A stretch of DNA of 64,000 nucleotides from Macrostomum lignano (lineage: Eukaryota), in assembly GCA_002269645.1 (NCBI GenBank), contig NIVC01000903.1, forward strand, positions 396,459-460,458, read 5' to 3'. Of this stretch, positions 10,951 through 24,568 are shown one piece after another (the first letter of the stretch is position 1; each line of letters begins with the position of its first letter). The notes under the pieces are model-generated. The model searched no databases. It had not been told where the DNA came from and was given only the letters and a program-made list of their open reading frames with translations. The position numbers and the translations under genes are program-made.

Positions 10951-13900
10951 TGACCATGCCCGCCAATGTACATATTATCGACCCAATCCAGGCTCGCATG
11001 CTCTGAAAACCGAGCGTCCCCTTCCGCCTTCCACTTTCATCTGTTGTAAATTTCTTTTACCATGTTAGAATGGTTATTTATAATTGCTTCAGTCATTAGC
11101 AAGGGTTGATACGCAGTCAGTTCATGGTGTGAAGTTTATTTAGCCAGCTTCTACTGCTAACTGTACTGCTATATGTGTCTCTTACACAACTAGCACAGGC
11201 TCCTGCTGGGCCGTCTGAGAAATGTTTGCTAGCAAGGGGGAAGGAAATGTTGTGCCTGCAAATAATATACAGATTGTATTGCATCTGGTTTAAGCAATCA
11301 TTTTTCAGCTATACATTTTGCGTCTTCATGCGCTCGCACGTTTACTATCCATTTTTATTCACAGGTTCAAAAATGATTTTTAGCCAGTATCACAATGGTT
11401 AATTCCTAATATATTCGCTTAATTATTCTAATTAATTGCTATTGTCTTCCATTGCCAGATTGTGCTGTTCTGTATAACAAAACCTTTCTGTCAGTCAGCA
11501 AAGGCGCTGCTAACTAACAATGTCCTACAATTATTGGCTGATCTCCGCTGTCACAGCCCCTCTGTTGGCAGTTCAGTCGGTGGACACAAGTTCTTGCTTA
11601 TTTTGCTTTCATTCGTCCGTTTTTTGTTTTCGATTTACTAATGCACTTGTAGGCCGCACTTGTCAGATGCCGCTAAGTATACTTTCAGTTCGGACAGTAC
11701 AGCCAAATCTACCCGCGTAGCCCTTCTGCACAATGTGTATAGATACCGGAGTTATACACGAGCTTCCAACTACCTTCTTGTACCGCTTCCAACCCGCTCC
11801 GCTTGCCTGCTGCCCAAAATAGAATTGTTTTTGCTACTCGTAACAAGTAGTCTGTACCGCGATTAATACGAGCGTAGCTGCACCTATTAATTCTTATTTT
11901 ATTCTCGCAAGCTAGTTGTCTACGCATGCAACTTTTGCTATAATAAGGCGCTTGTCAAAAATTGTTGTCGGGATTAAAGTTAAATAATTTCGTCATGCAC
12001 GTCTTATCCAGTGCTTTAAAACTTCCTAATATTAATTCAATCATATAAACTACGGCCGTATATTTTCTCCGTTTATTGCATGCTGCAGATAAGCACGGCA
12101 AATATATGCATATACACGATTCTGCATGCCAATTTACTAATTGGAAAAATCCTGTCGTTGGTTTTTATTCGACTTCAGTTTTGTTCAACAGTTTACAAGT
12201 CCTAAATTCCTAATGCAAGTAATAAAGGTGCACACGCAAGGACTCCATCATGTACTAGACTGTATATTCCAGTGGTCCTACTAGGCACCACATAAATTAC
12301 GAAACGCACGCATGTACATGTAAGAACTGTTAGAATGATGCTGCGGTCAAAATTGTTCCGACAAATTAGATAAACTACATTAGATTTGTATGATAGAAAA
12401 TATAGTGGGCAGGAAAAAAAAAATTCATACGCATGAGCTTTTTAATGAGATGAACTACCCTGTAAAAAATAAAAGTAAAATACATGCTTCACATATGCTT
12501 CATATATGCAATCAAAGTACCCCAAAAGCTGTTTGCATTTTCAAATTCAGGAATCCTGCCCTTTTTGATGCAAACCATCCTGTTATCTTCTTTAGTAGTC
12601 CTTTGCCTCGGCCTTAGGATAAGGAGCAAATAATGGCGATAAAGTTGCCCCCCTAGAAACTATTGGCATTCCCTAACAGAAATTTTGGCTGCGTCAATTA
12701 CAGAAAGAAAATTTCATTATGCTTTAGTTTAGTTAACACTCCGGTTCATTTTCGACAAGTTACCCGATTTTGTCAATCCTGGGTCCTGACCATAAATCGT
12801 ATTTGTTTTATTTTAGAATTTAAATTAATTTTTCCAAAAAGTAGTTTCTTAGAAGCGCTTGTCAACATTTTGATAGTACCAACTATGCCAGCTACAAGTG
12901 TCATGATTATAGAACGAAAAATATGTCGCCATAGGATTTATCATGGGTTACAATGCAACTTTTACGGGCTTTTTTATTATTTAAAAATTTATGATAAAAG
13001 TTAAACCACTAACGCGATTCAAATCATGTGGATATTTATTAAAATATAATGCACGGCATAATCCATCCTAGTCCAAAAATCATTCGTATCATTTTGTGAC
13101 TTGTGGGATGTTTAGTTTTGCACAAATAAATAAAGTATTACTATTAGCGCTTAGAATTTTGACACCTTGACACTTAACACTTAGAAAGCTCTATGTATAA
13201 TCGAAACAGCAAATTAGTACATTTTTCAGATGCATTTGAGCCAATTTCAGAGTCAGATGCTATCATATTTTCGAAACTTTTGAGACTCGAGATCTTTACT
13301 TTCGAGATGATCGAGATTCGAGATTATGCCTAAGTAACATTTAGTAGGCCTACTTATACTATTTTATCTATCAATGCTAATAATGGCTACCAGTGACTTC
13401 GGCGCGGCAACAACAAAACAAATTAGCAAAGGACACTTTGGGCTGTTTGGCGACAGTTTAGGAACAACTGAACATTTCGAGTGACAAAAGGGGACATTTT
13501 GGCAAAAAGCCAACAAAATAAACTTATGAATGAAATTATACTGCGTGCTGAATAAAATTTTAATTTGATTTGATGAGTGATTTATATAAATCAATCTATC
13601 GCCAATGACAATGTCTTGTTGCCAAAGTGACTGGTACCCACCCATAGTCAGGATCATGGCATGCCTGTGCCAGAACAAATTCTATCAAAAAATTTTGATT
13701 GCGCTGTGTGCCGGAACAAATCCTATCAAAAAGTTTGCTTGCAGCATACACTGAAACTAGGCCTATTTTTTATCAAAAAAAGTTTGCTCATACTATGTAT
13801 TGCAACTTTTTGAAAAAATGCAAACATAGGCCCTACTAGTAAAACTTGTATTTGAATCTGTTTCATAGAAAAGGCAATGTTAATGTAAAAAAGACATCAA

Positions 13901-15141
13901 TATACTAGCAATTTGCAGCAAGCAAAAAAGTGCTAATAAAAAATCTATATAATCTATTTAATTGAATCTAAAAATTACATGCTAATTTTCTGTCAGAGAA
14001 AATATTGTCTTGTCGGAAGCTTTTGTCTTGCCCTAAATTATGCCAATTTTTTGTCTTGCATTGTACTATACCAGATTTTTCTCCCTTGCTTGCTGTTGAT
14101 GTCCAACCCCATTTTGTGCTAGAATTTTCCATGAAAAGGCCATTTTCCTGACTATGGGTACTACCCACTAATAATAATATTGTTATTTGTTAAATGTGTA
14201 CTATGGTGATAAATAATCAATGGTGTAGCTAAGATTTTAAAAAGAGTGGATAGGCCTAGGGACAAAATTGTAGACTAAAAAACTTTACCATTTTTTGCTT
14301 AAGATATGCATTTTAAAAGTACCAAAACCATGTTTATTGGGCTAAAAAAACTTTTTTTTTGTTAAAATCTAAATAAAGCCAATAGATGTCTATCCTATCT
14401 ATGGTATTTTAGGAACTATGGTCCTACTAAGGATTCACAGAAATATTGTTTAAAACATTTTAATAGTAATTTATAGCTGAAATAGGCCAATTTTTTAGCA
14501 ATTTTGCCAAGTCAGCCATTTTATTTTGTATTTTTTAAAAAACCTCATTTTTTATTATAAATCATCAAAATAGGGAGAGATATATCCCTATATCCCCTTC
14601 CCCCAAGTATACCACTAGTGATAATAGTCAATAAAAGAAAAAAATAAATCCTATATACTAAAAATGAGTTGTCTGTATGTGGGTAGGTAGGTAAGTATGC
14701 AATAGATTTCAGAAAAAATGGCTCAACTGATTTTCTTCAAACTTGCACCATTCGATCAGAAATTTTCCTGGGATGGTACATGCATCTTGGCTAAGAAATT
14801 GCTCAATATTAAAGGGATTAAATATTCGAAAAACATGCTTTTTTGCAAAGGTCAAGCAAAATTTTCGACTTAAAACCCATTGTAAAAATGCTAGAGAAAA
14901 AACTGACTGGCTGAATTCTGATTCTGATAAAGATTGCATCACAACAAGTTGAAAACAGTGCCAAAGAAATGCACACACGACTTGATTTAAATTGCGTAAC
15001 CATATTGCTAACTTAAAATGAGACTGGTACTGGCTGACTGATATATTGATTATGTCATAATTTTTACTCTAATTGACTTGCTGTAAGAATTGAATTATAA
15101 GGGGCCTAAGGGCCACAATTCATGTTCTCCAATTGAAAAGA

Positions 15142-15205
15142 GATAGCCTATATACGAACAGACTGGACTGCCAACGTAGCGACCTGGGTTCGAATCTTAG
15201 TAGTG
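15142..15205 (+). pseudogene. Degenerate tRNA-like/SINE-head sequence (copy 1)
   Basis: T-arm CTGGG-TTCGAAT-CTTAG with B-box GGTTCGAATC; anticodon-loop-like CTGCCAA. The acceptor and D stems do not pair well. Confidence 0.4.
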
Positions 15206-15269
15206 AAAAATAATTTTTTTATTAAAACACTTTGAAAACACGAAACTGCTAAACATAAAAAAGCACAAT

Positions 15270-17600
15270 GTCAAACATAAAAGAGCACCATGTCAAACAT
15301 TACGGCACCATGTAAAACATATATGTGACTCTTTGTCAAACATTAAAGAGCCACCACGTCGAACATTAAAGAGCCACCATGTCGAAGATTAAAGAGCCAC
15401 CATTTCGAACATAAAAGAGCCACCATTTCGAATATTAAAGAGCCACCATTTCGAACATTAAAGAGCTACCATTTTGAACATTAAAGAGCCACCATTTTAA
15501 ACATTAAAGAGCCACCATGTCAAACATTTAGGAGCCACAATGTCAAACATTTAAGAGCCACCATGTCGAAAATAAAGAGCCACCATTTCGAACATTAAAG
15601 AGCCACCATGTCAAACATTTAGGAGCCACCATGTCAAACATTAAAGAGCCACCATGTCAAACATTAAAGAGCCACTTTGTCGAACATTAAAGAGCCACCA
15701 TTTCGAACATTAAAGAGCCACCATTTCGAACATTAAAGAGCTACCATTTTGAACATTAAAGAGCCACCATGTCAAACATTTAGGAGCAACCATGTCAAAC
15801 ATTTAGGAGCCACCATGTCAAACATATATGTGACTTTATGTCAAAAATTAAAGAGCCACCATGTCTAACATAAAAGAGCACCATGTCGAACATTAAAGAG
15901 CCACCATTTCGAACATTAAAGAGCCACCGTGTCAAAAAATTAAGAGCCACCATGTCAAACATTAAAGAGCCACTTTGTCGAACATTAAAGAGCGCCATGT
16001 CAAACTTAAAAGAGCCAACATGTCAGACATTAAAAAGCCACCGTATCAAACATAAAGAGTTACCGTGTAGAACAAAAAAGAGCCACCATATCGAACAAAA
16101 AAGAGCCACCATGCCAAACATTTAGAAGCCACCATGTCAAAGATTTAAAAGCCACCATGTCAAACATTTAAGAGCCACCATGCAACCATTTAAGAGCACC
16201 ATGTCAAACATAGAAGAGCCACCATGTCAAACCTAAAAGAGCCACCATGTCTAACATAAAAAAGCCACCATATCGAACATTAAAGAGCCACCATGTCAAA
16301 AATTAAAGAGCCATTATGTCAAACCTAAAAGAGCCACCATGTCGAACATTAAAGGGCCACCATGTAGAACATTAAAGAGCCACCATGTCAAACATTAAAG
16401 AACCACCATGTCGAACATTAAAGAACCACCATGTTAAACATTAAAGAGCCACCATGTCAAAAATAGAAGAGCCACCATGTCAAACATAAAAAAGCCACCA
16501 TGTCTAACATTAAAGAGCCACCATGTCAAACATTAAAGAGCCACCATGTCGAACATTAAAGAGCCTCCATGTCTAACATTAAAGAGCCACCATGTCAAAC
16601 CTAAAAGAGCCACCATGTCAAACATAAATCTGGCATGATGTCAAACAATAAGTGCTACCATATCGAACATTAAAGAGCCACCATGTCTAAAAGTAAAGAG
16701 CCACCATGTCGAACATTAAAGGGTCACCATGTAGAACATTAAAGAGCCGTACCATGTCAGACATTAAAAAGCCACCGTATCAAACGTAAAAGAGTTACCA
16801 TGTAGATTATAGAACAAAAAAGAGCCACCATGTAAAACATTTAGGAGCCACCATGTAAAACATTTAGGAGCCACCATGTCAAACATAAAGAGCCACCATG
16901 TAAAACATTTAGGAGCCACCATGTCAAACATATATGTGACTTTATGACAAACATTAAAGAGCCACAATTTAAAACATTAAAGAGCCACTATGTCGAACAT
17001 TAAAGAGCCACCATGTCTAACATAAAAGAGCTATACCATGAAGAAAATTAAAGAGCCACCATGTCGAACATTAAAGAGCCACCATTTCGAACATTAAAGA
17101 GCCACCATTTCGAACATTAAAGAGCCACCATGTCAAAGATTTAAGAGCCACTATTTTGAACATAAAAAGAAGCCACCATGTCAAACATTCAAAAGCCGCA
17201 TTGTCAAACATTAAAGAGCCATTAGGTCGTACATTAAAGAGCCACCATTTCGAATAATAAAGAGCCACCATGTCAAACAAAAAGAGCCACTATTTTGAAC
17301 ATAAAAAGAGCCACCATTTCGAACAATAAAAGAGCCACCATGTCAAACATAAAAGAGCCACTATTTTGAACATAAAAAGAGCCACCATTTCGAACATAAA
17401 AGAGCCACCATGTCAAACATAAAAGAGCTACCAAGTTAGACATAGAAGAGCCACCATGTGAAACATATATGTGACTCCATGTCAAACATTAAAGAGCCAC
17501 CGTTTCTAACATTAAGGAGCCACCATGACAAACATAAAACTGGCACAAACATAAATTGTCAAACATTAAAGAGCCACCATGTAGAACATAAAATAGCCAC
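15270..17600. repeat. Satellite array A1, 23-bp unit (AAACATTAAAGAGCCACCATGTC)
   Basis: About 100 diverged tandem copies. Confidence 0.97.
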
Positions 17601-17711
17601 CATTTCAAACACAGGAGAGACATTTTCAAACGTAATAAGAAGCGTCATGCCAATCATAAAGGAGCCCTTAGAAGCTAAAAGGAAATGTTGCACCATATTC
17701 TTTTTGTCTGG

Positions 17712-17850
17712 TGGAATGCTTGCTATTTAAGGATAGATACTTTGCTATCAATTGGATGCTTGCTATCTGGGGGTGCTTGCTATCTGGGGTGCTTGCTATC
17801 TGGGGGTGCTTGCTATCTGGGAGGAGGGGGTGTTTGCTGTCTTGGGATGT
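17712..17850. repeat. Satellite array B1, ~18-bp unit (GGGATGCTTGCTATCTGG)
   Basis: Short tandem run of the same unit as 21440-22070. Confidence 0.9.
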
Positions 17851-17989
17851 TTTTTTTTGCATTGCGCTTCATTTGAGCAGTTTTTCTGTTGTCTTTTTGA
17901 AGACTCTATTTGGCCGGTGTTTTTTTACTTTTAGAGAACAGAAGTTCTATCCAGATGTCCACAATTCACAACCACAATTCAAGACAAGA

Positions 17990-18052
17990 GATAGCATAGA
18001 TGCGAACAGACTGGACTGCTAATGCTGCGACCTGGTTCGAATCTTAGTAGTG
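17990..18052 (+). pseudogene. Degenerate tRNA-like/SINE-head sequence (copy 2)
   Basis: GATAGCATAGATGCGAACAGACTGGACTGCTAATGCTGCGACCTGGTTCGAATCTTAGTAGTG is a diverged paralog of 15142-15205. Confidence 0.4.
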
Positions 18053-18114
18053 CAAAAAGATTTTTTTATTCAAAAACCTTAAAAACACAAAATGCTAAAC
18101 ACAAAAAAGACAAT

Positions 18115-21100
18115 GTCAAAACATTAAAGAGCCACCATGTCAAACATTAAAGAGCCACCATGTCGACCATTAAAGAGCCACCATGTCGACCATTAAAGAG
18201 CCACCATGTCGAACATTAAAGAGCTACCATGTCGAACATTAAAGAGCCACCATGTCGACCATTAAAGGCCACCATGTCGAACATTAAAGAGCCACCATGA
18301 TCGAACATTAAAGAGCCACCATGTCCAACATATACATGACTCCATGTTGAACATTAAAGAGCTACCATGTCAAACATATACATGACGCCATGTCGAACAT
18401 AAAAGAGCCACCATGTCGAACATTAAAAAGCCACCATGTCAAACATTAAAGAGCCACCATTTCAAACCTAAAAGAGCCACCATGTCGAACATTAAAGAGC
18501 CACCATGTCAAACATTAAAGAGCAACCAGGTCAAACATATACATGACTCCATGTCGAACATTGAAGAGCCACCATGTCGAACATTAAAGGGCCACCATGT
18601 CAAATATTAAAGGGCCACCATGTCAAATATTAAAGAGCCACCAGGTCAAACATGAAATTGCCACCATGTCTAACATTAAAGAGCCACCATGGCAAACATA
18701 TACATGACTCTATGTCGAACATTCAAGAGCTACCATGTCAAACATATACATGAATCAATGTCAAACATTAAAGAGACACTATGTCAAACATTAAAGAGCC
18801 ACCAGGTCAAACATGAAAGTGCCACCATGTAACACATTAAAGAGCCACCATGTCGAACATTTAAGAACCACCATGTCAAACATAAAATAGCCACCATGTG
18901 AAACATATACGTGACTCCATGTAAAACATTAAAGAGCTACCATATCAGACATATACATGACTCCATGTCAAACATATACGGGACTCCATGTCAAACATTA
19001 AAGAGCCACCATGTCGAACATTAAAGAGCCAACATGTTAAAAATACAAGAGCCACCATGTTAAACATATACATGACTCCATGTCAAACATTAAAGAGACA
19101 CCATGTCGAACATAAAAGAGCCACCATGCAAAACATAAAAGAGCCACCATGTCTAAAATTAAAGAGCCACCATGGCAAACATATACATGACTCTATGTCG
19201 AACATTCAAGAGCTACCATGCCAAACATATACATGACTCCATGTCAAACATTAAAGAGCCACCATGTCGAACATTTAAGAGCCACCATGTCAAACATATA
19301 CATGACTCCATGTTGAACATTCAAGAGCTACCATGTCAAACATATACATGACTCCATGTTGAACATTCAAGAGCTACCATGTCAAACATATACATGACGC
19401 CATGTCGAACATAAAAGAGCCACCATGTAAAACATATACGTAACTCCATGTCAAACATTGAAGCGACACCATGTCGAACATTAAAGGGCCACCATGTCGA
19501 ACATTAAAGAGCGACCATGTCGAACATTAAAGAGCCACCAAGTCAAACATGAAAGTGCCACCATGTAAAACATTAAAGAGCCACCATGTCAAACATTAAA
19601 GAGCCACCAGGTCAAACATATACATGACTCCATGTCAAACATTGAAGAGCCACCATGTCGAACATAAAAGGGCCACCATGTCAAATATTAAAGAGCCACC
19701 ATGTCAAACATTAAAGAGCCACCAGGTCAAACATGAAAGTGCCACCATGTAAAACATTAAAGAGCCACCATGTCAAACATTAAAGAGCCACCAGGTCAAA
19801 CATATACATGACTCCATGTCAAACATTGAAGAGCCACCATGTCGAACATAAAAGGGCCACCATGTCAAATATTAAAGAGCCACCATGTCAAACATTAAAG
19901 AGCCACCAGGTCAAACATGAAAGTGCCACCATGTAAAACATTAAAGAGCCACCTTGTCGAACATTTAAGAACCACCATGTCAAACATAAAATAGCCAACA
20001 TGTGAAACATATACCTGACTCCATGTAAAACATTAAAGAGCTACCATATCAGGCATATGCATGACTCCATGTCAAACATATACGTGACTCCATGTTAGAC
20101 AATTAAGAGCCACCATTTCGAACATTAAAGAGTCAACATGTTAAAAATACAAGAGCATCCATGTCAAACATATACATGACGCCATGTCAAACATTGAAGA
20201 GACACCATGTCGAACATAAAAGAGCCACCATGCAAAACATAAAAGAGCCACCATGTCTAACATTAAAGAGCCACCATGTCAAACATATACATGACTCCAT
20301 GTCAAACATTAAAAAGACACTATGTCAAACATTAAAGAGCCACCATGTCGAACATTTAAGAGCCACCATGTCAAACATATACATGACTCCATGTTGAACA
20401 TTCAAGAGCTACCATGTCAAACATATACATGAATCAATGTCAAACATTAAAGATACACTATGTCAAACATTAAAGAGCCACCAGGTCAAACATTGAAGAG
20501 CCACCATGTCAAACATTATAGAGCCACTATGTCGAACATTTAAGAGCCACCATGTCAAACATATACATGACTTCATGTCGAACATTACAGAGCCACCATG
20601 TCAAAGATAAAAGAGCCACCATGTCAAACATAAAAGAGCTACCATTTCAAATATTAAAGAGCCACCAGGTCAGACATGAAAGTGCCACCATGTAAAACAT
20701 TAAAGAGCCACCATGTCAAACATATACGTAACTCCATGTCAAACATTGAAGAGACCCCATGTCAAACATTAAAGAGCCACCATGTCGAACATAAAAGAGC
20801 CACCATGTAAAACATATACGTAACTCCATGTCAAACATTGAAGCGACACCATGTCGAACATAAAAGAGCCACCATGTCGAACATAAAAGAGCTACCATGT
20901 CAAACATTAAAGAGCCACAATGTCAAACATATAAGTGACTTTATGTCGAACATTAAAGAGCCACCATGTCTAACATTAAAAAGCCACCATGTCCAACATT
21001 AAAGAGCCACCATGTCAAACATTAAAGAGCCACCATGTCAAACATAAAAGAGCCACCTTTTTGAACATTAAAGAGCCACCATGTCAAACATAATAGAGCC

Positions 21101-21350
21101 ACCATGTCAAACATAATAGAGCCACCATGTCAAACATTAAAAAGCCACTTTGTCAAACATAGAAGAGCCCCATGTCAAACATAGAAGAGCCCCCATGTCA
21201 AACATAGAAGAGCCACCATGTCAGACATTGAAAAGCCACCGTATCAAACATAAAAGAGTTACCATGTACGAGCGTAGAACAAAAAAGAGCCACAATGTAT
21301 AACATAAAGGAGCCACAATGTATAACATAAAAGAGCCACCCTGTTAAACA
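18115..21350. repeat. Satellite array A2, 23-bp unit with frequent AAACATATACATGACTCCATGTC variant
   Basis: About 140 tandem copies. Confidence 0.97.
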
Positions 21351-21439
21351 TAAAAGATACACAATTTCAAACGTAAAAGTAAGCGAATTTTAAAGGAGCC
21401 GCTATAATGCTAAGGAAATTGTCGCACTAGCTACTTATT

Positions 21440-22070
21440 GTCTGGTGGATGCTTACTATTTGGGGATGCTATCTATCTTGGGGATGCTTGCTATCTGGGG
21501 GATGCTTGCTATCTGGGGGATGCTTGCTATCTGGGGGATGCCTGCTATCTGGGGATGCTTGCTATCTGGGGGATGCTTGCTATCTGGGGGATGCTTGCTA
21601 TCTGGGGGATGCTTGCTATCTGAGGGATGCTTGCTATCTGGGGGATGCTTGCTATCTGGGGATGCTTGCTATCTGAGGGATGCTTGCTATCTGGGGATGC
21701 TTGCTATCTAAGGGATTCTTGCTATCTAGGGGATGCTTGCTTTCTGGGGGATGCTTGCTATCCGGGGGATGCTTGCTATCTAGGGAATGCTTGCAATCTG
21801 GGGGATGCTTGCTATCTGAGGGATGCTTGCTATCTGGGGATGCTTGCTATCTGGGGGACGCTTGCTATCTGGGGGATGCTTGCTATCTTGGGGATGCTTG
21901 CTATCTGGGGGATGCTTGCTATCTTGGGGATGCTTGCTATCTGGGGGATGCTTGCTATCTGGGGGAGGCTTGCTATCTGGGGGATGCTTGCTATCTTGGG
22001 ATGCTTGCTATCTGGGGGATGCTTGCTATCTTGGGGATGCTTGCTATCTGGGGGATGCTTGCGGTCTTGG
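21440..22070. repeat. Satellite array B2, 17-19-bp unit (GGGATGCTTGCTATCTGG)
   Basis: About 35 tandem copies; source of the MLAIWG/GCLLS/DACYL pseudo-ORFs. Confidence 0.97.
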
Positions 22071-23795
22071 GATGATTTCTTTTTGCAATGCACTTCATTT
22101 GAGCAGTTTGCCTGTTGTCTTTTTGAAGGATTTTTGGCTGTTTTTTTGTTACTTGTAGAGAACAGAGATTCTATCCAGATGTCCCCCATCGGGGGGCAAA
22201 GATTGCTAGTTATTAAATAATATTGAGCTTGTTAATAACGCGATGTATATTTAATATATGGTAATATTGTGGTAGTACCACTAGTCACATAATCACAAAT
22301 CTTGACTTTTTTCAAGATCTTAAAACCAAGATTGAGATTTTAAAAAGTCAGGATTAAGATTAAGATCTTGTTTGACCCCTAATGCCATAGTCCAAAATCT
22401 AGATCATGCTAGGTATATACTCAAACATAAATGAACTAGTTACAAATGCATGCCAAAAAAATTGAGTGCACACCCACACTCTCAAATCTAGGCCAATGTT
22501 GAGAATAAATGACCTTTTTGTGTTATAAAGGAAGGAACCTTTTTGGTTGATTATTTATTTTTATTGCCTATACTATTTCTAGCAGAAAATTGACATGCAT
22601 AAACATTTGTAAAAATGCCTTTTTATAAGCCTAAAATTGGAAGGCTTGAAATTTATACTTGAACTTACATTTGAATTTTTCAATCTTTTGTCTACTTAAC
22701 ACTAAACCTTTTACATGATTCTATAAAATGCATACTAGGTATGCATCTACTTTTATTTTTTATTTTTAAAGATAAGTAAACATGGCACTTTAGGCAGATT
22801 TACAATTTTAGACTAATAATTAGCAGATCCTACTGGGCTTAGTGGGTTGGTAGGGAAGATAGTATTAGCCTCAGAGCAGACTCAGAGGTCTGGGTTTAGG
22901 ATGAGAACAAGGTCTGGACAATTGAAGAAATTGGGCAATCACAGAACTGAGAAACTGGTGTTTACTAGAGAGACAATAGGGCTAAAAATATTTGATGGAA
23001 ACAAGGCTCAAGAGGGTTTGTATTTATAGGTAAGAAACTATTGCACCATTGCATGCAAGACCCCTTTGTGCCAGATTGTGTGATGCTATTGCTAATTTTA
23101 GCAACTGATGCTAAGGTTTGCCTTAGAGAAGGCAAGGGTCTTAGAGTATGTGATTTCTACTATAAACATAGACCAATTGCACAGTGAGGAATTCACTGCA
23201 CTTTGGGTCCCAAGAAAGCAAGGCTTGTCATATGACTAGCTCACATAACAAGGGAAAAGGGCCTACTAGTGAAGTTATTAGTGACCTTGAGACTAGAAAA
23301 TAGTGAACCATTAGTGCACCCTTTAAAGAGGTAAATATATATAGCTTCTATTAGCAAATTGACCATTTATAGTTATATTGCAATTACCAACTAGAAAACT
23401 TATTATTTAATAGACAAAGTTATTTCAATAGACAAAGCCTGTTCTAACAATAGGATATTGTTATAGTCATTCATTTTGAAATATTATATTGATGGTAATA
23501 AAGTCTAGGTTTGTCTATCTTTAACTAATATTTAAATGCAAATGGGAACTAATTGTTGCTTATAGGATATCTTCAAACCTAAAAATATATTTAAGAATTA
23601 AGTCATTTTCAATCAGCTAGAAGGCTATCTGTAATGGTGATGTACAATTGTGTAATTTTTGGGAGACCAATTTCATGGAGAAGTGCACCAAATAAAATAA
23701 AAATATCATTTTTTCATCACATAATCAATGATTGCATTTGATATGTGGCAGAGGCGATTACCACTTGTTTAATTGCAGCATGTTACTTCTTTATA

Positions 23796-24568
23796 CGAGG
23801 GGTGTCCCAAAAGTAGTGTTACTTTATACTATATCTCTCGTTCTGCTGATCCAAATAACATCATTTTGTACAGATTTATAGCAGAAACCTTCTTCTTTAT
23901 ATTAACTGTAACATTATTAAAAACAGACAATGAAAACAAAAGTTATGAACTAAAATGTAGCAAGAACTTGACAATAGACTTACAGTAAGTAAGCAATTTA
24001 ACAAAATTTCGAAGTGGTAGCTCACAAACAGGTAACTGGCTATAGTGAATGCTGCAAAATGACTGCAGTGAATGACTGCGATAGACCCATGAGCCGATGA
24101 AAGTTGAGCATGGATCTCGGCTCAACTGTGCCCCATCCCCCAAAGGTGTATATCACACTCCTCTGAGCAACACTTGAATGCACATCCCTGACTTTTAAGT
24201 TTTAGCGCAGCAAAAGGAGGGAACAAAAAGCAATAAAGCTGAAGCCCAGTCTGAAATATTCTGTTGCTTTAAAAGCTATAGCTTCTCCATTTTTTCCATA
24301 GATATCTCTGTCACAGCAGCCTAACAAAGAGGTCTGAGTGCATCAATCAAAAGTACTTTCGCTACTTTCCGCTAGCTTGTCGAATTCTATGGTCGAGGTC
24401 CTGCTACATTTTAGTTTATAACTTTTGTTTCCATTGTCTGTTTTTAATGATGTTAAAGTTAATATAAAGAAGAGAGTTGCCGCTATAAATCTGTGAAAAA
24501 TGATGTTATTTGGATCAGCAGAACGAGAGATATAGAGAAAAGTAACACTACTTTTGGGACACCCCTCG
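23796..24568. mobile_element. Non-autonomous Tc1/mariner-type element (MITE) with long TIRs
   Basis: TA|CGAGGGGTGTCCCAAAAGTAGTGTTAC ... GTAACACTACTTTTGGGACACCCCTCG|TA. TA TSD; imperfect inverted repeats extend ~180 bp; no transposase. Confidence 0.92.

Larger units (their letters stand above)
14649..22209 (+). mobile_element. Non-autonomous Helitron (~7.56 kb) carrying satellite arrays
   Basis: 5' end A|TCCTATATACTAAAAATGAG at 14649. 3' GC hairpin GTCCCCC-ATC-GGGGGGC (22181-22197) lies 12 nt before terminal CTAG|T (22206-22209). Inserted between A and T with no TSD. No Rep/helicase ORF seen. Confidence 0.75.

Noticed and set aside
12270-14620. Possible hAT element (CAGTGGT... / ...ACCACTA)
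   Set aside because: Terminal match is only ~6 bp and there is no 8-bp TSD.
15142-15205. Functional tRNA gene
   Set aside because: Only the T-arm/B-box is convincing; acceptor, D and anticodon stems do not pair, and the second copy has a different anticodon.
15270-21350. CRISPR-like array
   Set aside because: Head-to-tail satellite monomers without unique spacers, in a eukaryotic intron-containing context with no cas genes.
21438-22220. Long ORFs MLAIWG/GCLLS/DACYL
   Set aside because: Stop-free translations of the 18-bp satellite.
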